Positions 15,633 to 25,550 of a stretch of 38,897 bases of DNA are shown one piece after another. The translations under genes and the position numbers were made by a program. Every line of letters begins with the position of its first letter. Within the stretch, counting starts at the first letter, position 1. The stretch comes from a virus: UHGV virus genome UHGV-0060448. One strand, given 5' to 3'. The notes below the pieces were generated by a model. The model did not search any database, was not told the origin of the DNA, and saw only the letters and a program-made list of their open reading frames with translations.

Positions 15633-15656
15633 GCATACTCAAACAGGAGGAACGGA

Positions 15657-16169
15657 ATGACCGGAAGAAAAAGTAAATATGAAACACACGTGAAGCCGTA
15701 TCTTCCGGAAATTGAGAAATGGTGCAACACCATGACGGAAGCCCAGATATGCAAGCGGCTCGGTGTTGGCAAGAGTGCATGGAATGAGTACAAGAAAAGA
15801 TTCCCGGAACTAATGGAAAGTATTAAAAGGGGAAGGACAGATCTTGTATCTGATCTGAAAAGTGCACTGATTCGAAAAGCGAAAGGCTATGAATACACAG
15901 AAACCAAGATCACAAAGCAGAAAGTAGAGCTGCCGGATCTGATGAAACAGGCGTTGATTGAAGCAGGTTTCAAAAAAGAAGAACTGGAAAGGGTTGATCT
16001 TGTAAAGACAGAAATCAGCCATAAGAAAGCTTCTCCAGATGTTGCGGCGATTAATTTGCTGCTAAAGAATTACGACAAAGAGAACTGGGCGAACGATCCA
16101 CAGATGCTTCAGATCAGGCAGGAAGAGTTGCGGCTCAGAGAGAAACAGGTAGAGAGCAATACATGGTAA
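15657..16169 (+). CDS. HTH protein resembling a terminase small subunit or packaging-associated DNA-binding protein
   Basis: SD AGGAGG; 'GRKSKY...TEAQICKRLGVGKSAWNEYK...ALIRKAKGY...PDVAAI..LLKN'. Confidence 0.65.
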   Translation: MTGRKSKYETHVKPYLPEIEKWCNTMTEAQICKRLGVGKSAWNEYKKRFPELMESIKRGRTDLVSDLKSALIRKAKGYEYTETKITKQKVELPDLMKQALIEAGFKKEELERVDLVKTEISHKKASPDVAAINLLLKNYDKENWANDPQMLQIRQEELRLREKQVESNTW

Positions 16170-16182
16170 GCGAGGTGAAGGA

Positions 16183-16524
16183 ATGGCAGATAAAAAAGTA
16201 TACGGTATGTATGAAAACAAATGCAAAGAAGAAGTAATACCAATGCAGAATATTTGCACGTTTACAGGAGAAATCAATGCTGAAAAAGACAGTGTTACGA
16301 TTTTATTTCCTGACGCAGAAGCTAGTTCTATGGGGCTTGAGCCATGGAATACAGTTCTCCTTAGTGTATGCGAAAAGACTACAGGAAATGGACGAAAACG
16401 AGTGTCTTCTCAGGATTTTGAAGTATCACTTATAAGCAGGGCAGGACTTAGAGTTCAAGTCAAAAACCTCACGGGTAAAGAAGTTACCGGTTTTTATGCG
16501 ACTGTTATGAAAGTCGCAACGTGA
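16183..16524 (+). CDS. Hypothetical protein, 113 aa
   Basis: SD GAGGTG; operon continuity. Confidence 0.7.
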   Translation: MADKKVYGMYENKCKEEVIPMQNICTFTGEINAEKDSVTILFPDAEASSMGLEPWNTVLLSVCEKTTGNGRKRVSSQDFEVSLISRAGLRVQVKNLTGKEVTGFYATVMKVAT

Positions 16525-16525
16525 T

Positions 16526-17227
16526 ATGAAACAGACATTAGATACGTTCTATAAGTCGAAAGAGTGGGTGAGCTTGGTTGGTGCTATCAGATTGCAGAGA
16601 GTAAACGCTCAAGGTGATCTGATATGTGAGTATTGTGGGGAACCTATTGTGCGGGCATACGACTGCATCGGACATCATGTCATTGAACTTAACGACAACA
16701 ATGTGAATGATGCAATGATTGCACTGAATCCAGATAACATACAGCTTGTGCACCATAAATGCCACAACAGAATACATAAGAAGTTCTGCTATGGAGAAGA
16801 TATGCGGCAGATCTTTCTAGTATATGGTTCACCATTGTCCGGCAAGACGAGCTGGGTGAGGGAAGTACAGAACGAAGGCGATCTGATCGTTGATATCGAC
16901 AGTATCTGGCAGAGCGTGAGCGGATGCAACCGGTATACAAAACCCGGAACGCTGAACAGTATTGTATTTGGCATCCGGGATTATCTTATTGAGAGCATCA
17001 AGTATCGGCGGGGAAAATGGCGGAACGCTTACATTGTCGGTGGCTATCCTCTGATCAGCGAGCGAGAACGATTATGCAAGACACTGGGGGCAAGGGAGAT
17101 ACTGATCGACACCAGCAAAGAGCAATGTCTTGCACGACTGAAGAGCTGTTCGGATGGCAGGAACATCGCAGAGTGGACACAATACATCGAAGAATGGTGG
17201 CACAGGTACTCCCCCCACGTCCCCTGA
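16526..17227 (+). CDS. Packaging-associated HNH endonuclease fused to a P-loop (AAA/kinase-like) domain
   Basis: 'FYKSKEW...CEYC...HHVIEL...N....HHKCHNRIH' followed by Walker A GSPLSGKT. Confidence 0.85.
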   Translation: MKQTLDTFYKSKEWVSLVGAIRLQRVNAQGDLICEYCGEPIVRAYDCIGHHVIELNDNNVNDAMIALNPDNIQLVHHKCHNRIHKKFCYGEDMRQIFLVYGSPLSGKTSWVREVQNEGDLIVDIDSIWQSVSGCNRYTKPGTLNSIVFGIRDYLIESIKYRRGKWRNAYIVGGYPLISERERLCKTLGAREILIDTSKEQCLARLKSCSDGRNIAEWTQYIEEWWHRYSPHVP

Positions 17228-17300
17228 TACGATAGCTGGGATGGACTGTCGGGGAGGGGGTTTCTCTCACCGAAAACCGAAAAATGAGATTTTTGGATTT
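17210..17300. other. Probable cos (packaging) region
   Basis: C-run (CTCCCCCC...CCCC) and G-run (GGGGAGGGGG) followed by A/T tracts at the end of the HNH gene, a common cos context. Confidence 0.4.
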
Positions 17301-17337
17301 GAAAAATGAGAAAAATTGAAAAAAGGAGGCAGGATAA

Positions 17338-17835
17338 TTGAAAAATACGATCGTTATTGACGCGACAAGAAACTGCATATGCGATCTGGTGAGTGCCGTT
17401 GATAACGGTGAAAATCGTTTTTTCATAGAAATCAGGGCAGATACGGCACTGAACCCAAAGCTGCAGATTGAAAATGAACAGATTACAATAACAGGATCCA
17501 CGTTTTTGTATGAGGTTGGGACTGCTTACTATATAGGAGATGAAACGTTACAGTTTCGCATTGTAGATGACGAGAACGTAGGGGAATATTTTAGCATTGA
17601 AAAAATCGCAAAAGTAGATGGAAATCTGTTTTTGACACAAGAATCAAATTATATATATACCTTGTTGGATGTCGTGCAATCAATGGGAGATATACCAATC
17701 GCTACCACAGAACGACTTGGAGGTATTATTGTTGGATCGACACTGTGTATTACGCCGAGTGGTGTTCTGGATGTGCTATCTGGTGAAATAGCAATGCCAA
17801 TCACAACAGAAGAATTGGAAAGAATTTTAGTGTGA
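17338..17835 (+). CDS. Fibre-associated/adaptor-like structural protein
   Basis: SD AGGAGG, TTG start; 'IPIATTERLGGIIVG..L.IT..GVL' fibre-type motif; C-terminus ITTEELERILV. Confidence 0.65.
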   Translation: MKNTIVIDATRNCICDLVSAVDNGENRFFIEIRADTALNPKLQIENEQITITGSTFLYEVGTAYYIGDETLQFRIVDDENVGEYFSIEKIAKVDGNLFLTQESNYIYTLLDVVQSMGDIPIATTERLGGIIVGSTLCITPSGVLDVLSGEIAMPITTEELERILV

Positions 17836-17871
17836 GGTGAATATGTATACAAAAAGAAAAGAAGTGATGCG

Positions 17872-18708
17872 ATGTTAAACAATCTATTTGAAACCTGGAA
17901 CGCCGGATTTCTTGCGGATGGTGGACGAAATCTGGCAGAAAACACTAACCAAGGAGTGACTGGCTGGTACTGGTCAATGTCGGCGAGGGGGGCATTCGAA
18001 GACTGAAGTAATTGAGGATGGGTTCGTACTGCAAAACTTGTTAGGGATAAAAGCGAATTTAACGGTAATTGGTCTTATCTGCACTTTGATAAACCGGGAA
18101 TTAAAAAATACTTACCCAGTACTATATATACGATTTCAATCGATATAAAACCGAGTGTTATTACACAAATTGCCGCTAACATCAAAAATGGAGACGGCAC
18201 AAATCCTATAGCAAATGATGCAAAAACAAAAGAACTGATTGCGAATTCTTGGAATAAAGTGATTTGGAAAATAAGAACATATTCATCACTACCTGAATTA
18301 AAACAACAAGTATTATATTTGATTAAAATGAATTCTGGTGTAGGAATTTCTTACCAATTTCGAAATCTAAAGATTGAAAAAGGAACAGAAGCAACTGCCT
18401 GGACGCCAGCTCCTGAAGACACTATCGGCAATGGTGACTACCCGAACTCAATCTTTACGAACACCATTCCCGTTAAGAAAAACACACAGTATGCCTACGG
18501 TCTGGAAAATGCTGGTACGTTACCAGCCCACACCGTGCGATATCTGAAATCTGATGGAACATATATCAGGTCGGAAGACATCGCGGAAAATCAGACTAGT
18601 GGTATCAGAACCGTAACATTTGATGGGGACTATGATATTGAGATCATGTTCCCGGACGGCTTAACAGACGATGAAAAAAATAATTTCTATTATAGGAGGA
18701 TTGGAATA
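17872..18708 (+). pseudogene. Interrupted fibre-associated gene carrying a 'GGRNL...KIEKG..AT.WTPAPED' (putative carbohydrate-binding) domain
   Basis: Same frame before and after TGA stops at 18004 and 18013; sensible reading (GHSKTEVIEDG) runs in the +1 frame between G6 (17987-17992) and GGG (18020-18022). Confidence 0.65.
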
Positions 18709-19536
18709 ATGTCAAAATTTTTGGACACAGCCGGATTAACTTATCTCTGGAGCAAAATCAAAACAGCACTCGGCAAAAAGGTAGATAAAGTAGACGGAAA
18801 AGGGCTGTCTACAAACGACTATACAACAGCAGAGAAAAACAAACTGACAGGAATCGCAGACGGTGCAAACAAATATGTGCATCCGAGTTACACAGCGAAA
18901 ACAAATGGACTGTACAAAGTGACCGTGGATGCAACCGGACACGTATCTGCCACGACAGCAGTTACTAAGACAGATATCACGAATCTGGGAGTGCCTGGAA
19001 GTAACACAACCTATTCCGACTTTAAGGGGGCAACAGCGGATGCGGCAGGTGCACACGGACTGGTACCGGCACCGGCAAAGGGAACGACTGGATCATTCTT
19101 GAAGAGCGATGGAAGCTGGCAGGCACTCTCACTGGATAAGAACCTTGGATTAGATGAAGGATTTTTGGAATTGAACTGGGGTGACAGCTATTCCAGAGTA
19201 ATCATTCCGGCAGCTACAGCATCTCTTGCAGGCTTCATGCCGGCTGCAATGTACACAAAACTGAATGATCTGCCGACAAATGCAACGTTGGCCAGTACCT
19301 ACGCGAAAAAAACCGACATCACGGGCGTGTACAAGTACAAGGGTTCCCTGGCGGATGCAACGAAACTGCCGACTACAGGGCAGGTTACCGGTGATGTGTA
19401 CAATCTGGAAGCAGCATCTGATTATGGACCGGCAGGAACGAATGTAGCATGGGACGGTAAAGCATGGGATGCACTGGGCGGTCTGTTCGTAGTTGATGCG
19501 ATCACCAACGCTGAAATTGACGCTATCTGCGTGTGA
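18709..19536 (+). CDS. Fibre (head or tail) protein, 275 aa
   Basis: SD AGGAGG before ATG 18709; 'KVDKVDGKGLSTNDYT..EK.KL.GI..GANKY.HP', 'GLVPAPA.G', 'YKYKGS' fibre motifs. Confidence 0.75.
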   Translation: MSKFLDTAGLTYLWSKIKTALGKKVDKVDGKGLSTNDYTTAEKNKLTGIADGANKYVHPSYTAKTNGLYKVTVDATGHVSATTAVTKTDITNLGVPGSNTTYSDFKGATADAAGAHGLVPAPAKGTTGSFLKSDGSWQALSLDKNLGLDEGFLELNWGDSYSRVIIPAATASLAGFMPAAMYTKLNDLPTNATLASTYAKKTDITGVYKYKGSLADATKLPTTGQVTGDVYNLEAASDYGPAGTNVAWDGKAWDALGGLFVVDAITNAEIDAICV

Positions 19537-19570
19537 TTCATTGACGCAGTCATAATAAGGAGGAAGAAAC

Positions 19571-20341
19571 ATGGCGTATCTGGACAAGTCAGGGCTTACT
19601 GAGTTATGGAAGAAAGTGAAAAGTTATGTGGATGCCAATGGCGGCGGAACACCGACAACAATTACAGGAAATGCAGGTTCAGCAACCAAGCTCCAGACAG
19701 CACGGGCAGTAGATGGCGTCAATTTCAACGGTACGGCTGACATTGCCCATTATGCCGTGTGTTATACGACAGGCTCGACCGCCGCAAAGACGGTCAGCCT
19801 GACGAACTTCAAGCTGGTAGCTGGTGCGAGAGTGTTCGTGCGGTTTAGCTACGCCAACACTGCAAGTAACCCAACACTGAATGTCAATTCTACCGGGGCG
19901 AAAGCAATTCAATACAGAAACAGTGCCATACCTGCAAACCTGATCAAGCAGTATGCAGTATTGGAGTTGGTGTACAGCGGATCATATTGGTATGTAGTTG
20001 GCGATATTGATGCAGCAGTGGTTCTGTCAACGGCAGCAGTAACACCGTCAGCAATAACAACGTGGGCGTATTCGGCGGCAATCAGCACACTGGCAAATTA
20101 CGATGAGATTCGTGTGTGGCTGGAAGTTTCTGACGGGCAGAAAGGCTGGGTAACACTTACGCGAAGCGATCCGGCAGAAACCGTGATCACAATGTACCTT
20201 AGTTCTACATACAATGTGCGTGTGCAGCTGAAATGGGACACCGCAAACAATAAGGTAGGCGTATATGTACGAAATATCGGTTCAGGTTGGACAGTGGGAC
20301 AAGTGAGCATGAAACGCATCGAAGGGGTGAAGCTGAAATGA
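19571..20341 (+). CDS. Fibre/receptor-binding-like protein, 256 aa
   Basis: 'GNAGSATKLQTAR...GVNFNGTADI' shaft motif and 'NT..NPTLNVN.TGAK.I' domain. Confidence 0.75.
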   Translation: MAYLDKSGLTELWKKVKSYVDANGGGTPTTITGNAGSATKLQTARAVDGVNFNGTADIAHYAVCYTTGSTAAKTVSLTNFKLVAGARVFVRFSYANTASNPTLNVNSTGAKAIQYRNSAIPANLIKQYAVLELVYSGSYWYVVGDIDAAVVLSTAAVTPSAITTWAYSAAISTLANYDEIRVWLEVSDGQKGWVTLTRSDPAETVITMYLSSTYNVRVQLKWDTANNKVGVYVRNIGSGWTVGQVSMKRIEGVKLK

Positions 20342-20652
20342 GTAGAAAAGCAGAATTATTAGATGCGATCAACCATGATGCGGCACTCATACCTCTTGTT
20401 GATGAAGCAGTATTTTTGGAGGGCCGATTGGAGGAGCTGAAAAAACTGCCATTTATTAAGGTTCATCCAAAAGATTCTACCAAACAGAAAGCGACAACGG
20501 CACAAAAGCAATATAAAGAGCTTTTGCAACAGTATGTCAATATCATTCGTGTATTGATCAGGGCAACAGGAACAGATGAAAGCGATGATGAGTCACCGCT
20601 CAGAAAGTGGGTAAATTGTGTTAATTCAAAATACAACAATCTGGACTCCTGA
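20338..20652 (+). CDS. Terminase small subunit-like protein
   Basis: Directly upstream of and overlapping terL; 'LVDEAVFL...LEELK...KQYKEL.QQY..II..L'. Confidence 0.65.
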   Translation: MSRKAELLDAINHDAALIPLVDEAVFLEGRLEELKKLPFIKVHPKDSTKQKATTAQKQYKELLQQYVNIIRVLIRATGTDESDDESPLRKWVNCVNSKYNNLDS

Positions 20653-22345
20653 CAATTCGTTTCTTCTGGAGTACCGTGCACGTGCAGAAACGGGCGAGAT
20701 CATCATAGGTCAGGAGTTATGGCAGGAACTGGACAACTTGGCAGAGGATTTTTATAACGATCGGTATTTTTACGATACGGATGCGGCAAGTCTGAGGATG
20801 GATTTTATGGAAAACTGCGTGCGGCTGACAAAATCGCCGTACTATAACAAACCTATGGTGTTGATGTTATGGCAGAAAGCATGGATCGAAGCGTTTTACA
20901 GCTTCAAAATGGCAGAAACCGGATTTGACCGGTTCAAGAAAACCATCTTGCTGATTGCCCGAAAGAATACCAAAAGCGAAACATCCTCAGCCCTGGCAAA
21001 CAGTGAGTTTATTGTAGGAAATGAAGGTGCAGACATATGCTGCAGTTCAAACGATGAAGCACAGTGCAGCATCGTTTACGATGCCATTGATCTGATGCGG
21101 CAGCTCTATGATCCGGGTGACCTGGATACAAAGAGAAACCAGCGTTTCATCCTCAACAAGGCAACGAACACGAAGATCTTTAAGATGTCGGACCGCACCA
21201 AAAACAAAGAAGGACGAAATATTGACTTTGCCATCGTGGACGAAACCCATGAAATGAAAGAAAACATCATAGGAAAATCCATCGAACAGTCACAGAGCCT
21301 GAAAGACAATCCAAAATTCATCAATATTACGACAGAAGGATTTGTGATAGACGGCTATCTGGACGATGAGCTGAAAAAAGCCAGAAAGGTGATCACAAAG
21401 GAAGATGACACACTGGCAGGCGAAAGGCTGTTGCCCTGGCTGTATACGCAGGACAGCGAACAGGAAGTCTGGAACGGAAACCGGAAGAACCGACTGTGGC
21501 AGAAGTCAAATCCGACACTTGGGATTGTCAAAAAGTGGGAATACCTGGAAGAACAGGTTGACATGGCAAGAGAATCGAAAGCAGATCGTATTTTTGTACT
21601 TTCGAAAGATTTCAACATCAAACAAAACGGCACAGAAGCCTGGTTGAATCTGGAAGATTATGAATATCATGCAGTGTATGACCTGGAAGAATTTCGCGGA
21701 TGTATCTGCATGGGTGCGGTCGATCTGTCAGAAACAACCGACCTGTGTGCGGCAAAAATTCTGATGATGAAACCAGGCGATCCGACCAAGTACATCTGTC
21801 AGCATTACTTCATACCGGAAAGTAAGCTGGAAGATTCCGATGACTGGAACGCAGGGGCACGTTATAAGGAATGGGCAAAACTTGGAGTCCTGACGATCAC
21901 AGAGGGCAATGACATTGATCTGGCAAAAGTGGCAGACTGGTTTTACCAACTGTATACCGACTACAACATCCGTCTGTGGAAATGTGGATACGACCAGCGA
22001 TTCGCAAAAGACTGGATCAATCGCATGGGGTTCTACGGCTGGCAGCGTACCAGTGATGAGGATTCGGATCTGGTTATGATTCTGCAGAACGCTCAGACAC
22101 TTTCGAATGCGATGAAACTGTGCGAAGCAGATCTGAAACACCAGCTGATCAATTACAACGAAAACGTTATGGATCGTTGGTGCTTCAAAAATGCAGGCAT
22201 CAAAGTGGACGATCATGGGCAGTGTCTCTGCATCAAACAGGAAACAAACAAGCGAATAGATGGTGCGGTCTGCCTGATCATCCTGTATGAAATGTACAGG
22301 AGATATCGCACGGAGTTCATGCAGATCATTGCGAATGAGAAGTGA
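20618..22345 (+). CDS. terL: Terminase large subunit
   Basis: LMLWQK, Walker A-like IARKNTKS, Walker B IVDETH, W.KSNP.LG, GAVDLSET.DL, RIDGAV. Confidence 0.95.
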   Translation: MLIQNTTIWTPDNSFLLEYRARAETGEIIIGQELWQELDNLAEDFYNDRYFYDTDAASLRMDFMENCVRLTKSPYYNKPMVLMLWQKAWIEAFYSFKMAETGFDRFKKTILLIARKNTKSETSSALANSEFIVGNEGADICCSSNDEAQCSIVYDAIDLMRQLYDPGDLDTKRNQRFILNKATNTKIFKMSDRTKNKEGRNIDFAIVDETHEMKENIIGKSIEQSQSLKDNPKFINITTEGFVIDGYLDDELKKARKVITKEDDTLAGERLLPWLYTQDSEQEVWNGNRKNRLWQKSNPTLGIVKKWEYLEEQVDMARESKADRIFVLSKDFNIKQNGTEAWLNLEDYEYHAVYDLEEFRGCICMGAVDLSETTDLCAAKILMMKPGDPTKYICQHYFIPESKLEDSDDWNAGARYKEWAKLGVLTITEGNDIDLAKVADWFYQLYTDYNIRLWKCGYDQRFAKDWINRMGFYGWQRTSDEDSDLVMILQNAQTLSNAMKLCEADLKHQLINYNENVMDRWCFKNAGIKVDDHGQCLCIKQETNKRIDGAVCLIILYEMYRRYRTEFMQIIANEK

Positions 22346-22361
22346 GAAAGCAGGTAAATAT

Positions 22362-23603
22362 ATGGGATTTTTTGACAGATTAAGAAGAAAACCACCAAAG
22401 ACGCAGAAATGGGCACAGACACTGAATGGTTATGCCCCTGTGTTTTCACAGTTTGGGACAAACATTTATGCTTCCGACGTTGTGCAGCAGGCGATCAAGT
22501 GCATCGTGGATGAGATGAAGAAATTAAATCCTGCACATATCCGATACAACGGAAACGACCCGGTGCCGGTAAACGATGACATCCAGACAGTTCTGAATAA
22601 TCCGAACCCGCTTATGACAACGAGCGAATTCCTGGAAAAGATCCTGTGGCTGTTGTTGCTGAATTACAATGCATTTGTCCTTCCGACCTATTACATATGG
22701 GAAGATGAAAAGGGGATTCAGAAAAGGAAATACAGTGGACTCTATCCGCTGAAGCCGACACAGGTGGATTTTATCGAAGACGGATCGGGGCGGATGTATG
22801 TAAAAATGCGTTTTGAAAACAATTTCGAAACGACCGTGCCATACGATGACCTCATCCACATCAAATACAATTATTCCGTCAATGAATATATGGGCGGCGA
22901 TGCGTCCGGCCAGCCGGATCACACGGCACTTCTGAAAACTCTGGAACTGAATGACACACTGCTCAAAGGAATCGCAAAAGCGATGAATTCGAGTTATGCG
23001 GTCAATGGGGTTGTGAAGTATAACACAATGCTGGATGACGGGAAGATGGAAGCGGCATTGAAAGAACTGGAGCGAAAACTGAACAATTCAGAGAGCGGAT
23101 TCTTGCCGCTGGATCTGAAAGCGGAATATACACCGCTGCAGCACGAAATCAAGCTGGTGGACGAAGAGACACTGAAATTCATTGACGAAAAGATCCTGAG
23201 AAACTGGGGTGTACCGTTATCGATCCTGACCGGAGACTACACAAAAAGCCAGTATGAAGCATTTTACCAAAAGACGCTGGAGCCGCTGATCATATCCATA
23301 TCACAGGCTTTTACCAAAAAACTGTTTACAGATCGCGAAAGGTCATTTGGAAACAGGATTGAACTGTATCCGAAAGATCTGATCTTTATGACGGTAGAGC
23401 AGACGCTTGAAATGGTGAACCTGTTAAGCAATACCGGTTGCATCTATGAGAATGAGAAACGTGTGGCGTTTGGACTTAGGCCGCTTCCGGAACTGGAGGG
23501 AAAGCGTTATATGTCACTAAACTGGGTTGATATGGATATTGCAAATCAATATCAGGTGGGAAAAAACGAGAAAGAAGGAGAGGCAGATGGAACAGAAGAA
23601 TAA
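22362..23603 (+). CDS. Portal protein (HK97 type)
   Basis: 'LNNPNPLMT..EF', 'WGVP..IL', 'NE.R...GL.PL'; follows terL. Confidence 0.92.
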   Translation: MGFFDRLRRKPPKTQKWAQTLNGYAPVFSQFGTNIYASDVVQQAIKCIVDEMKKLNPAHIRYNGNDPVPVNDDIQTVLNNPNPLMTTSEFLEKILWLLLLNYNAFVLPTYYIWEDEKGIQKRKYSGLYPLKPTQVDFIEDGSGRMYVKMRFENNFETTVPYDDLIHIKYNYSVNEYMGGDASGQPDHTALLKTLELNDTLLKGIAKAMNSSYAVNGVVKYNTMLDDGKMEAALKELERKLNNSESGFLPLDLKAEYTPLQHEIKLVDEETLKFIDEKILRNWGVPLSILTGDYTKSQYEAFYQKTLEPLIISISQAFTKKLFTDRERSFGNRIELYPKDLIFMTVEQTLEMVNLLSNTGCIYENEKRVAFGLRPLPELEGKRYMSLNWVDMDIANQYQVGKNEKEGEADGTEE

Positions 23604-24228
23604 ACCGCTGGAACAGCGTTCCTATCATTTTGAGGTCCGGGCGGAAGAGTCCGAAGCCGGGAATATCATTACCGGCCGGCCGATTGTATACAACAGCCGG
23701 ACGGATCTTGGATGGTTTGATGAGATCATTGAACCAGGTGCCCTGAACAATACAGATCTGACGGATGTACGGTTTCTGGTAAACCATGATACCAGTAAAA
23801 TTCCACTGGCAAGATCCAGACGGAATAACGGAAACAGTACCATGCAGCTCACTACCGACAATGAGGGTCTGGGTATCCGGGTAACATTGGACACAGAAAA
23901 CAACAGTGAAGCAAGGGCACTGTACAGTGCCGTACAGCGTGGCGATATTTCCGGAATGTCATTTATGTTCGGCATCCGGGACGAAGAGTGGGAGAACCTT
24001 GACAGCGACCACCCGACACGTCATATCAGAGATATCAGCACAGTCGTCGAAGTAAGTGCCGTGACATTTCCGGCCTATGAATCGACTGAAATAAATGCAC
24101 GAAGCAAGGAGGCATTGGACAATGCCCGGTCAGCAGTGGAGACTGCAAGGCAGCAGGGTGCACCGTCAGTGGAAACTGATGACCTGGAACTTTTAAAAGA
24201 AAAAGCAAAAATCTTAGGAGGTTTTTAA
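23587..24228 (+). CDS. HK97-family prohead protease
   Basis: 'E.I.PGA...L.NHD', 'GMSF.F', 'EVSAVTFPAY'. Confidence 0.93.
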   Translation: MEQKNKPLEQRSYHFEVRAEESEAGNIITGRPIVYNSRTDLGWFDEIIEPGALNNTDLTDVRFLVNHDTSKIPLARSRRNNGNSTMQLTTDNEGLGIRVTLDTENNSEARALYSAVQRGDISGMSFMFGIRDEEWENLDSDHPTRHIRDISTVVEVSAVTFPAYESTEINARSKEALDNARSAVETARQQGAPSVETDDLELLKEKAKILGGF

Positions 24229-25539
24229 GTGGGCAGAAAGAAAGTATTAGAGAAACGCCTGGCAAGACTGCAGGCGAAGAAAACAAAACTGACAGAGAGA
24301 GCACTTGCATCCCAGGATGCAGCGGAAGTAAGAAGCATCAATGAGGAACTGGGCGAGCTGAATGAAGAAATCGCAGAAACACAGGAAGAGATCGATACGA
24401 TTGAAGAGGTGACACCGGACCCGGAACCAGATCCGAACCAGCAGAGAAGCAACCCGCCTGTGGGGGCACAGCAGGTAAACAACGGAATCCCGATGGCATC
24501 CTATTCTCAGAATCCGGCAGGTACACAGCAGAGAGAGAATAAAGATCCATATGCTTCCATGGAATACCGTGAGGCATTTAAGGCGTATGTACAGAGAGGC
24601 ACACCAATTCCGGAAAATCTGACACAGCGTGCAGGCGGCGATGCAGGACCAACTGTGGCAGCTGATCTTGGTATGATCATCCCGACAACGATCATGAATG
24701 AATTCATCAAAAAAGTTTCCAAAGTGTACGGTCAGCTGTACAGCAAAGTACGCAAGCTGAATATTCAGGGCGGCGTAAAATTCCCGATTTCAGATCTGAA
24801 AGCAAATTTCAAATGGATTACGGAAACAACTCCTTCAGGCCGCCAGAAAGCCGGAGACGTAAAAGAATATGTTGAATTTTCCTACAATATCGGAGAGATC
24901 CGCGTATCCCAGACCTTACTTTCACAGGTTGTTGCTCTCCAGATGTTTGAGGAAGAGATCGTCCGCATTATGACAGAAGCATATGTGGAAGCCATGGACA
25001 AGGGTATCATTGCCGGAACAGGTGCAGGTCAGATGCTGGGCATCCTGAAGGATACCAGGGTTACAGAACAGACCGGCCATATTATCGAGTTTACTGCGGA
25101 ACAGTTTGGAGACTGGGCACAGTGGAGAAAGAGGCTGTTTTCTGTGATTCCGCTTTCCAAGCGAGGAAAAGGAGAATTTATTTTTACTGCCAGCACCGTA
25201 GAGTCCAACCTTCTGACCATGAAAGATGCAAACAACCGTCCGATCTTCAAAGAGGCTGCTGAGTTAAATGTCGGGGAAAGTGCAACAGACGGCAGATTCT
25301 ACGGCCGTGAGGTTGCGATGGTTGAGCCGGATATTGTAGCAGACTTTGATACGGCAGGCAGCGGCGATGTCGTAGGCGTTTACTGGATTCCTGACGATTA
25401 TGCGATCAATACTAATCTTGCATTTGGCATGAAACGCTATTTTGACGAGGACAAAAACGAATGGGTGAACAAAGGCTTAACGATCGTTGACGGAAAGATC
25501 CTGGACCCATCCGGTGTCTATATCATCAAAAAGAAATGA
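24229..25539 (+). CDS. Major capsid protein (HK97 fold) with N-terminal coiled-coil delta domain
   Basis: Position, size, 'IIAGTG', 'MKDANNRPIF'. Confidence 0.92.
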   Translation: MGRKKVLEKRLARLQAKKTKLTERALASQDAAEVRSINEELGELNEEIAETQEEIDTIEEVTPDPEPDPNQQRSNPPVGAQQVNNGIPMASYSQNPAGTQQRENKDPYASMEYREAFKAYVQRGTPIPENLTQRAGGDAGPTVAADLGMIIPTTIMNEFIKKVSKVYGQLYSKVRKLNIQGGVKFPISDLKANFKWITETTPSGRQKAGDVKEYVEFSYNIGEIRVSQTLLSQVVALQMFEEEIVRIMTEAYVEAMDKGIIAGTGAGQMLGILKDTRVTEQTGHIIEFTAEQFGDWAQWRKRLFSVIPLSKRGKGEFIFTASTVESNLLTMKDANNRPIFKEAAELNVGESATDGRFYGREVAMVEPDIVADFDTAGSGDVVGVYWIPDDYAINTNLAFGMKRYFDEDKNEWVNKGLTIVDGKILDPSGVYIIKKK

Positions 25540-25550
25540 TGAGGTGAGAA

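Noticed and set aside
17872..20341. Diversity-generating retroelement target
   Set aside because: No reverse transcriptase and no TR/VR repeat pair differing at adenines was seen in the window
20940..20985. Inactive terminase because Walker A reads ARKNTKS rather than ARKNGKS
   Set aside because: The catalytic Lys, Walker B and nuclease acidic residues are intact; one substitution does not show inactivation
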